Assembly (NCBI GenBank): GCA_951406725.2
Contig: OX597824.1
Location: 28,458,001 to 28,522,000 of the forward strand
Source of the DNA: Octopus vulgaris
Lineage: Eukaryota
Direction: 5' to 3'
DNA length: 64,000 nt
This document shows, one piece after another, positions 52,771-64,000 of the stretch (position 1 is the first letter of the stretch; the number at the start of each line of letters is the position of its first letter). A program made the translations under genes and the position numbers. Under the pieces are notes generated by a model. It was given only the letters and a program-made list of their open reading frames with translations. It did not search any database and was not told the origin of the DNA.

Positions 52771-54499
52771 CTTTGTGTGTAGATGTACATACACACACGC
52801 ACTCACGCACACACATATGTATATATATGTATGCATGTATGTTTTTTGTGTGTGTATATGAGTGTTTTGTAGTGTAATGTATGTATATGTTTATAGATCT
52901 TTCCGTGACCATCTTACTTTCCATTATTCGTTATTGAATCAGCTCTTTATTGCAGTAATATAAATATTGCTTCGATAGAAATATATTTATTTAATTTACT
53001 AAAGCGAGCCTCTCAGGAAAACCTAGAGCTTTATAATTCACTCAGTTTAGTAAAAACACATTTATCTGATTAATTTAATAATTCATTGTAATAAAAATGG
53101 ATATTTATCGGTGTATTTTTCACGAAGACATATTGTAACGATGGTGGAGACAAACGGATTGAACGATAGTCAGGTCTCTTGGTTTGTTTCTCACAATCTA
53201 GAAACAATCTTTTACGAATCAATAATGTGCGATGTTTGCCTCGTCGCTAAATTCTGTCTCATTATTACAGAAAAATTTAATGATTGTAGAATATTACTGT
53301 TACTTGTGATGAAAATTGCTAGTGTGATTTGAACGTTGGTATGATATAGACAAAATTAAAAACGTTAGGTATTTACTCTGACAGCTTTTCCGTTTCTATT
53401 TAATCAGTATCTTCTCCGTATAAGCGTGTATATGAACTACGACGGCAAAAGTAGCGTTTTGCAACACACGATATCTCTGCTGATTGAAAGGACTGCACGA
53501 TATTAGTGAACCATGTTAAGCCGAACTTGTAACAACAGAGGCTGACGTATTAAATACACTTTCATCATTAAAGACAACAACTGGAAATATTCATTAAAAT
53601 CTTCTGAGAGCATTCTAATGAGTGAAACTCACAAACGTCCATAATTTACAGTGGCATCTCTACTTGACACCGCTGTCGGAGTAGATCTACTAATTAAGCA
53701 CTCATTTCAGACCTGAGGTCAAATTTTCCATTAACCCAGCAATGACTCTCCATAGCAGCTAATGTATTTGCGTTGCTAGCTAATCGATTGCATTCTTAAT
53801 TTCAAAGAGGAGCTTCTTCAATATTTATCTAACAGAATAAACGCTACTTTTGACGTAATTCTATCCTTTGCAAGTTGACCGGTTTGTATTACAAGCCACT
53901 GAATGTATTTCAGTATCCGGTTTATATTCAGGGAACAGAAATACTTTTTTTTTTAATATCATCGGCGTTTTAATAAACAGAAATGTTATTCAACGAGCAT
54001 TTAAATCGGAACTAAATTAAATAAAATCTTAAGTATCTAGCTACCCTCTGGCGTTATATTTCGTTATCAGAAAAATAATTATATTTAAGTGTATGTTGTA
54101 ATGCATGATCAATAGAAAAAAACCAATCTCTTATACACCGTTATAACAAAAAAATAAGCAAAATAAATATAAGAAAATTATTTAAAAGGGTTATTTATTA
54201 ATAAATATCACATTGTTTTTTCTATCGAGACATATTTAGATTGTAAGCTTGGAGTAATATTACTATTTTGCTATTATTTATTTTGCTCTGGAGAATATGT
54301 ATATTCAAGTGAAACTAGCATAAATTAAACTTAATACCTAGTGGGAATAACTAAGCAATGTAATATGTTTAATATCGTGATTAGAATATTATATTACAAT
54401 ATCTTTCATTGCTACTGTGACGTTCTCAATATCTCTTCTTCAATGCCTTGCTGAAAGACTTGCCCAGGAATATATAAGGAATTCGGTGAGCCAAGATAT

Positions 54500-54930
54500 G
54501 GGTCTGATCAAGGGGTGGGACATGTGTAGCTACAGTGCCTTGCTGCATTCACCATTTATTGGTGTTTCCAGTGGACCTCCCGCGCGACCCGTCGAACAGG
54601 GTTCGTTCCAGTCAGTCGCCACTTCCGCGAGATACCTACTCATCTGCTGTGATTATGTCGCGTGTGGTCGACCAACACGAGCCGTTAAACCCGCCGGGTC
54701 CTCAGTGAAGAGAAGACGGTAAACAGAGTTTAACTCGGAAAATTTAGCATCGGGACCAAAGAGTCTGAGCTAGGGTTTCCGAGTCATGCAAGTAACAGAA
54801 CGCATCCCAGTTTCTGAATAGAGGCGTCGGTTGAATACGAAATCTGGCCGGTGGTAACCCATGATCCGGCGAAGCGTTCGCCTACTAAAGAAGTTCGGGT
54901 AGACCATAAGCGCCCCGGACAACAATAGAA
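54500..54930 (-). pseudogene. RTE-clade LINE ORF C-terminal fragment
   Basis: LRRIMGYHRPDFVFNRRLYSETGMRSV..LRLFG..EDPAG..GRPHAT, typical of the RTE post-RT region. Confidence 0.7.
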
Positions 54931-54988
54931 CAGATTCCCTGTCAACATATGGATCTGCTTGTGACATTTCATTTTAATTTACGGCACT

Positions 54989-55090
54989 AAATCCGGCATC
55001 CAAAGTCACAATCAAGATCCGGCATCCAAGAACACACCCAAGGTCCATCATCAAAGATCACATCCAGGATCCGGAATCCGATATCACATC
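54989..55090. repeat. Degenerate ~25-27-bp minisatellite
   Basis: atccggcatccaa..cac units, about four. Confidence 0.6.
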
Positions 55091-56761
55091 ATATGTTAGC
55101 TTTCTCGAATACACAGGTCATGTGTATTGGATGAGCAAATACATATGTTGTCATTGTAAATATTTTGAAGTGCCTTCCCATTAGCTAAAACCCAGGAGGG
55201 TGTTTGGATACTCTTTTGTATTAGAGGTCAACCATGAATAAATGATCATCACAAAAGCATTTTTCTCAGAAGTTCTGTTATCTTTTTCAGCAGTAATTGA
55301 TACAAATATAATATGATAACTATATATAAATGAATCGGAAATATATTAATTCCAATATAAGTTCTTTTGTTTTTTCTTTGTGCCTTTTTTCATGTCACGC
55401 TACAGTTTTTTTAAAAGAATATATGAGTACATGGTTTTATGGTTAAAATGTGTGCTTCATAACAAAAAGTTTCAAGTTTTGGTGAGACTCGCAGCATTTT
55501 CAGTTGATCCAAGTCTTGTAAATAAAATTTGCGGCAGCGTGTCATAAAGGTTGTGCGGGTATTTCGATGGCGAAATCATGCTACGCAATATGATCGACGC
55601 ATTCACTCTGAAACCGTTTTCCCTTCAGTCGCTCTGTCCCCATCACTGCTTCTATCTGCCTCTGTTTGTCTGTCTGTTTGTCTCGCTTTCTTTCTCTCTC
55701 TCCTCTCTCTCTTTTTCTCTTTCATCCTTTCTCTTCCTTTCTTTCTCTCTCTCTATCATTCTCCCTTTCTGTCTTTCTCCCTTTCTCTCTCTCTCTCACT
55801 CTCTCCCTTGCTACATGTGTTAAAGTACTACATAATACTACATAATACTATGAGTACATAGTTCCTTTGGTGAATCAACTGAAAATTTCGTTGGTTGAGA
55901 TCAACAAGTCAATCAATAACTCTCGAAAACAGTCTTCACGATAAAGCGCTAAACGTATGACCTTGGTTACACTAATTACACGAAATAGCTGTAATTATTC
56001 GCCTCGGGAAAACTTCGGTACTTGCAAATTCTTACTTTTTCCAACCATGAAACATAAAACACATTTGTATTCTGTAAAAGAAAAATATCTATACACGAAG
56101 ATGAATGGGTACCAAACCGTTAGACACGTATATTTCTAAAGTCATGAAGTGATATAAGTGCATTCAGACATATTTAAGCAGTGAGACATACACATATACA
56201 TCTACAATTCCCAGCACGCAAATACCTATACACACACATATACACAACTAAATCCTCAAACACGTACACAGAATTAAGCATAGAGAAAGGTTGTCTTTAG
56301 TTCAAGAAACGAAAACATTTGTAAATTTGGTTTGATCGCTGTTTTGCCTAAGGGGGACCAAACTTAAACTGATCTTCAAGGAATATAAATCATATATAAT
56401 TTCTACTACCGTAGTCGATGCAATCTGCATCGAATAACCAGCTGGAGAATGCATGCTCCTGAGGTTAAAATGGTAGTAGCATCGGTTTCTACGGGACAGA
56501 CACGCTGGAGTGGCAATAAATATTGTTTCTCAGTAGAGTTACTTCTTTCATTTTTTAAAGATAATTTCTAACTAGCTCATTTGTTTGTTGCAAGATCAAT
56601 GACTGATTGTCAATTATTTTCTATATACCGCGAGTTGGAGCGAACTACTCTTCTCTCTAGCGGATGGATATCCGTCACTGTGGAAAAGCATGAAGAGCTC
56701 GAAACCGTAGGGTCTGATGGTCCTGTTGGTAGAAGACGGTTGGTGTTCGCTCCCTTGCTTG

Positions 56762-56829
<68 letters not shown>

Positions 56830-56977
56830 GATGCAAATTGCATCGAATAACAGCCAGTGTTGGCATTCTCCTGAGATTAAAATAGCAGTAAAATCAGTTG
56901 CTACGGAACAGCCATGTTGAACTGGCGGTAAAAACTATCTCTTTGGAAAATAATATACATAAAATACAAATATCTAT

Positions 56978-58045
56978 AGTCATGTTTGTGCGGTAAGAAG
57001 CTTGTTTCTTAACCGCGTGGTTCCAGGTTCAGTCCCATTGCGTGGCAACCGGGATAATTGTATTCTACTATAGCCTCGGGCCGATTAATGCGTTGGTAGT
57101 GAATTTGGTAGACGGAAACTGAAAGAAACCCGTCGTATATGTGTGTGTGTGTGTGTGTGTGTGTCTGTGCGTGTGTGCGCGTATGTGTGTTCGTGTGTAT
57201 GTGCGTATGTGTGTGTGTGTGTGTGCGTGTGTGTGTGTGTGCGCGTGTGTGTGTGTGTGTGCGTGTGTGTGTGTGTGTGTGTGTGCGGTTGTCCTCCACC
57301 ACCACTTGACAACCGGCCTTGATGTGTTTATATCCACGTAACTAACCGGTGCTGATAAAGAGACCGATGACATATGTACCAGGTTAAATAATAAATAAAA
57401 TCGAGTTTTGTGATCCATTCATTCGACTAAAAATTCATCAAGTGGGTGCTACAGCATGGCCGCAGTCAAATACCTGACTCAACTAAAGGATAAAGCTTAA
57501 AATATACATAACACACCTACTAGTGCTTGAGTCTCTATAAAGTCCCCAGGAAACAAGTGAGATATGGAAGGGAGATAATTCGAACAGTGTAGCAGCTAAA
57601 TTGTTTATACGCTTTAATTTAACTGATGAGTTTAAAAGTTGATTAATTCTAAAATAGTGTGTGAACAGCACATCTTGGAGGCAACACTTGAATAGTTTCG
57701 GACACTTTTTCTATTTCTCATCCTTTTCCTAATTTCACGCAACAACGGTAAATAATCTGAAACATCCTAAACATTTATATTATGAATATACACAGATACG
57801 TATATTTTTATAATTGCATGTAAATGAATTCATTTATTCTTTTATTCGTTTATTTGGTTCAGTCACTTGACAGCGACTGTGTTGGAGTCCTGCCTTTAGT
57901 CGAACAAATCGACCCCTGTAAGGTATTCTTTGTAAGCCTAGTACTTATTATATCGGACTCATTTGCCTAACCACTGCGTTACTGGGACGTAAACACATCA
58001 ACATTGGTTATCAAGTGATGGTGTGAGGACAAAAATAGACACAAA

Positions 58046-58111
<66 letters not shown>

Positions 58112-58551
58112 ACGGGTTTCCTTCAGTTTCCACGAGTGGCTTTTATAAGAAGCTTGCTTCTCAACCACATGGTTCTGGGTTCAGTCGCACTGCGTAGCAG
58201 CTCGTGCAAGTGTTGTTTTACTATACTCTCTGGCCTTCTGAGTGGATTTAGTTGACGGAAACTGAAAGAATCCCGTCATCTATCAATCTATCTGTATCTG
58301 TCTATCTATCTATATGTATGTATATATTTGTGTGTGTGTCTGCTCCCGCCACCATCACCACCACCACCACCATCATCGCTCACTTGACATCCAATGTTGG
58401 TGTGTTTATGTCGCTGTAATTTGGCGGTTCTGGAAAAGAGATCCATACAAAAAGTATTAGGCTTACAAAGAATAAGTCCACGGGTTGATTTGTTCAACTG
58501 AAGGCAGTGTTCCAGCATGGTCGCAGTCAAATGACTGAAACAAGTAAAAGA
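56978..58551. mobile_element. Three SINE A copies in alternating orientation (56978-57490 plus, 57838-58130 minus, 58133-58551 plus)
   Basis: Family similarity. Confidence 0.85.
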
Positions 58552-58801
58552 ATATACAATACACACATACACATTCATGCGCGTGTGCGTGTGTGTGTAC
58601 GTATGTTTGTGTTTGTGTATGTATATATATGCATATATGCATGTGTATTTATATGCACGCATGTACGGTCGTATGTAGAGAGAGAGAAAGAGAAAGAGAG
58701 AGTGAGAGAGACGGACACAGAGAAACAGACAGCCAGACACCTAGAGAGATAGATAATTGACAAAGTGCATATTAGACAAACAAATCTAAATATGTGTGCT
58801 G

Positions 58802-58849
<48 letters not shown>

Positions 58850-59090
58850 AAGAAAGAGAGGGAGAGAGAGAGAGAGATTTATATACATATATGTATATAT
58901 GTGTGCGTGCGCGTCTCCCACTCCATATATATTGAACATACGCACACACACACACACACACACACACATTATATATATACACATACATATATATATATAT
59001 ATATGTGTATCTCTCTGTATCTATCTATCTCTATCTATGTATCTATATCTATCTATATATCTATCTATCCATCTATCTATCTATCTATAC

Positions 59091-59172
<82 letters not shown>

Positions 59173-59174
59173 AC

Positions 59175-59209
<35 letters not shown>

Positions 59210-59296
59210 AATCTGTCTCTCTATCTATCTTATCAATCTATCTTATCTATCTATCTATCTATCAATCTGTCTCTCTATCTATCTTATCAATCTATC

Positions 59297-59390
<94 letters not shown>

Positions 59391-60351
59391 ATCTATATGA
59401 AGTGTAACCTAATCAGAAGATAAAACAACCTTTACAGCTCACTCATTCTGTTTTCTCTGCCACGCTCTCTTTTGTCTTTCCCTTTCGCCCCCCTCTCTCT
59501 ATCTATCTTTCTTTCTCTCATCCTCTCTCTGTCTCTCTCTCTCCCTCTCCCTCCCTCTCTTACACCATCTGCGCCTTTCTTCGAATGCTTGTCTGCAAAT
59601 AAGCCGCGTGTTAACTCGCGAGTGTGCGTTCGGATGTGAATCCGCGTATGTGTAAGTGTGCGCATGCGCCTATGCATGGCATGAATACGTATTTGTTTAC
59701 CTATATACGTATTTGCGCGTGAGGCTGTTTATATTAAGGAGTACGAAATTGGTGTACCAAACAACTGGACCGGAATAAACGGTTGTATTTCCTTCTCAAG
59801 ATTTATATTTGAATTTCAAGTTCACTGCATATGATTAATAATAATACTAATGATGATGATGACGATGATGATGATGGTGATGATCATGATGATCATGATG
59901 ATGATGATCTATACTTCTTGTATTTGGTTGTAGGAAAATAATAAAAATATATATATATATATTTATCGCTATTTCCTCTGAGTAGCTAAAATGTATAATT
60001 TACAAGTCTCGGTGTTGTAACGTCAAAAAGATATTTAATAACATTGTAAAATGATATATATTAAACGTTTTCACCCACTTTGTAAACATGTAAACATCAT
60101 CTCAGCAATTTCAGTCATCGCGCCTCGGTGTCTATGAGGGCGTGGGTTTACAAACGCGCGCGCACGCGCGCACACATACACACATATACATACACACGCA
60201 CGCAAGCAAGGACGCACGCGCGCACACATGCACACACACACGCATACACACGCCCACACACACACACCCATGCATATTTATTTATGTTTCTTTTTGACTA
60301 TCTATATATCTATTTATCTATCTATCTAACTATCCACATATATATCATTCC

Positions 60352-60427
<76 letters not shown>

Positions 60428-60464
60428 ACATATATCTATCTATCCATATATATACATATATATA

Positions 60465-60628
60465 GGCACGGGCATGGCTTTTCGGTGAGAAGCTTGCTGC
60501 ACAACCATATGGTTCCGGGTTCTGTCCCACTGCATGACACTTTCGGCAAGTGTCTACTGCTACAGCTTCGGGCCGACCTAAGACTTGGGAGTGGATTTGG
60601 TAGAGAGAAAGTGAAAGAAGATCGTCAT
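60465..60628 (+). mobile_element. SINE family A, 5' half
   Basis: ggttccgggttctgtcccactgc head. Confidence 0.8.
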
Positions 60629-60646
60629 ATATAAATATATATATAT

Positions 60647-60683
<37 letters not shown>

Positions 60684-61069
60684 CAGACAGACGGACGGAC
60701 GGAGAGACAGAGCTACCTATACATAGATATACATACAAATTTTTTTGTCCTGTTTTATCTCAGATTTTGTTTCTTCTGTCTCTGCCCTATTTCTCGCGAT
60801 TTTTTTTGCTATCTCTCTCACCCTCTCTCACACTTTCTCTCTCTCTCTCCCTCTCTCTGTTTGTCTGTCTGTTTCGCTTCTTATCGCTATCTCTGTATGT
60901 ATATGTGTGTGAGTGTTTCTGTACATGTGGAGATATGAATGTGTATGTATGTTTTTTTTTATATGAGGGCGTAAAAATGAAGGCTATCCGGCACAAATAA
61001 GACATAGAATAAAATGAAAGTTCTTCAAGGTGGTGCTCCTGTATGGCCACAGTCTAATGATTGATACAT

Positions 61070-61765
61070 TCAAAATATAACCCCCATCGTTAGCAATAAC
61101 ATTTTCTCACCTCGAAACCAGTTTTCTGACTCCTTCGGCAATAAACCAGGCCTTTTAGGAAAAAAGAATATTTGGAATGCCGTTTCGACATCGCCACTAT
61201 TTCTGAATGTTTCTTCAGTGTAAGTAAACATACTGATTAACATAAGAAGTAAAAATGTGATGTTGCTAAGACAGCTAATTAAGAAAGGTGATGTAGAGCT
61301 TCCTAGCATAATTTTGTTCTTTGTTTTTTTTTTTGCGTTATCTTTGCTGAATTGTGACTTTGCGTCCCTGTGCATTTTCATGGGATAGTCTGATGAGATA
61401 CGTTCATGAGGTACGCTTCTAGATAAACTTTCTCAATCTGTTCCAGATGATCTTGCATAACAGACCAAGATTTTTTAAGATTCTGGGATAAGTCCCTAAT
61501 GCTTTGACACGGATCACGAATAATCCTTAATTGCTGTTTCCAGTACATCAGTATTAAGAATGTTAAACCATTTTTGAATGGTAAACCACCACGATATCCA
61601 GTACATGGTTTCCCTTTCACATGTTCCATGCTCCGTCAAATAAAATTCATAAAATATGCAATGTCGAATAATCAGCTCGTTGAAGTCCTTCTATTCCATG
61701 GGCTACCAAATAGGGAATATACACACACGGCATGTGTCCACCTTAATTTTTGGTCATTAAGTGTA
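61070..61765 (-). pseudogene. mariner-family transposase pseudogene, internally deleted
   Basis: IIRHCIFYEF; DPCQSIRDLSQNL..HLEQIEKV; TFRNSGDVETAFQIFF; KGVRKLVSR..VIANDGGY; TIR-like end near 61735-61765. Confidence 0.8.
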
Positions 61766-62169
61766 ATCTGATTGGATGATTGCAAGGATGTTTTTTTATT
61801 GGCTTGTAATCAATGTGTATTACATCAGAATAGTCGATTCAAATACTGCATCACTTTTCGGTTTTCCTATTGTATATGTGTGTGCAAAGTATTCCATCTC
61901 GCGCCGTTTCCATATATTTTAAGGCGTCACTGATACATTTATTCACATAAGGAATTCTGCCTTTTTGGTAGTTTTTCAGTGACTACACAACATGGTGCCA
62001 ACATTGGATTGGATTGAATTGTCTATGCTCAGTCCACTACAGGAAAAAGGTCTCAGCAGCGTGTTCTTTCCACCATATTGATTTGATGAGCCTACTTTAA
62101 CACACTGACTCGGCTTAGCTTCGTAGAGGGAAGCATTTTCTTTTCTTTTCTGCTCTTAACCAGGGGTAG

Positions 62170-62302
62170 TTAAGTCTATCACAGTTGACTCCAGTATTAA
62201 ACTGGTTCATATTTTATAGACCTCCAAAGGATGAAACGCAAAGACGAACGAAATACCGTTAAACATTTCACCCGGTGTGCTAACCATTTTGGCAGCTCGC
62301 CA
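62170..62302 (-). mobile_element. SINE B remnant
   Basis: aaaggatgaaacgcaaag..cggtgtgctaaccattttggcagctcgcc. Confidence 0.65.
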
Positions 62303-63159
62303 CTACGTTGCTAATATATCATATAGCATAGTCTTTTCCATTTAATCCTAAATAGACAGGATTTGTCCCAATTTGAATCATTTCAATACCATTTAAATCC
62401 ACCTGTTAATTATTGTAAGATATTAATTAACGGAAATCAATATACAAAATTAGTTTAATTAAATATTTCACATATAGCCTGAAGTAGATGCCAAAGTTTG
62501 TGCCAGAATTAAAACCAGCTTTGAATAACGGTTGTAATCATATTTCTCTGATAATAGTTATATAAAATACCTTATAATAGTAAAACAATTGTACGAAAAA
62601 GAATTAACTAGATTAAATATATTTCCGATATCTCACTGAAATATACACTTAATCTGATTCCACTGCAATGCTTCAGTAAAAGAACCGATTTTCTCTTACT
62701 TTACCACCACGTGAAAACATTTTACAATACAAATTCAAAGTATTCCTATGGCTGGACCAAAAGTACAAAGAAACGACACATCCAATCGGAGTCATTTCAC
62801 GTCTGTCATCCAGTCACATCACACGTTTAACAGTAAGAAGAGTTTAATCTCATGAAATCATATACTGAAATTTTGCTACACGACTTCAAAAAGTTTGAAT
62901 TGCCGGATCTCAAACGCAAAGTACAGCATAAACAACTTCAGGTTTAGCACACGATCAGTATAATACCCAATTACATCTTACGTTTAATAGTAAAAGAGAG
63001 TTTAACCCTAAAGCAGATATACCTGCTGATGAAGATGACACTTAGTTAGAGGAGTTCCGACAACAGTATCTACCAGTGACTAGATTTAAAGTAAGACTAC
63101 CAGCTGATCTACGGCTAATCCAGGACTGTAGCTCCGTGAAGGAGCTTAGCGAAAGCAGC

Positions 63160-63242
<83 letters not shown>

Positions 63243-63249
63243 TAATAAT

Positions 63250-63438
63250 TCTAACTGGACCCCCACCTGCAAGGTCATGCGCTGTTTATCTTGATATGAG
63301 ATCACCATGTCACGGACATATGGTTGTGATGCATGAGCCTGGTGTACCCTTATCAGACGGGTAGTCATGGTGGGTATATTGGGCTTCGTATATTTTACCC
63401 CAGGGTCACTTTGATGGCGTGCACTACTCTCTCACTCA
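63250..63438 (+). mobile_element. Short GC-richer element embedded in an (AAT)n tract
   Basis: Flanked on both sides by (AAT)n (63163-63249 and 63438-63462). Confidence 0.5.
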
Positions 63439-64000
63439 ATAATAATAGTAATAATATTAATAATACTCCAGCAGAGTTAAATACACTGAGCAAACGTCTA
63501 TTTTATTAAGACTCACACCTACGTACAACGTTGTGGTTCGACAAAATAAAAAGGCTTTATTAAAATACCTAAACGTATGCGTATTTCCTCCATCAGAGAG
63601 AGAGAGAGTAAGAGAGGAGAGAAAGAGAGAGGAGAGGGGGCTGAAGAGAGACAGACAGACAGACAAAGAGACATTAGACATAAAGATAGTGATAGATAGA
63701 TGGAGAGAGAGAGAGGAGACGTCAGTCAGAGAATGTACATAAAGGCAATATATACGCACATACATTATAAGAGACAGACATAAGTCTTACTGGGCGCATG
63801 TACTGTATTCATTTTCGCGATCGCTTTGTGTATCAATACCAGAAAGCTAATTTAATGACATCAATCATTTGTTTATTGTTCAATAGTATTTCATCAACGG
63901 AGGAAAAAGAGATAAGTTAAATATTTATGGAATTAAATACGATCATGGTTCTTACCGCCTAAAGGGTAAGACATTGGGGAAAATTTAGAATTCCGAGTGG

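Noticed and set aside
59600-59680. CpG-rich stretch with tgcgcatgcgc (NRF1-like) as a promoter
   Set aside because: Explainable as decayed (TG/CG)n, with no adjacent exon evidence

Overview
AT-rich, repeat-saturated eukaryotic DNA, intergenic or intronic. The microsatellite density and SINE families suggest an Octopus (coleoid cephalopod) genome; this is recognition, not a database result. No intact host gene was found, and most listed ORFs are microsatellite translations. The window holds three or four tRNA-derived SINE families (called A, B, C and C' here), a decayed Ty3/Gypsy LTR element, R4/Dong-, RTE- and L1/Tx1-like LINE fragments, Tc1 and mariner pseudogenes, MITEs/foldbacks and old tandem duplications. 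The strongest signal is a set of minimal hammerhead-ribozyme motifs in dispersed repeats. One family has a compensatory G3-C8 core (GTGAACA) in two copies, and another has a recurrent CTGTNGA core. SINE B also shares its 3' tail with a Tx1/L1-like LINE that appears inverted by twin priming. All coordinates and alignments were made by eye, so repeat boundaries are approximate.
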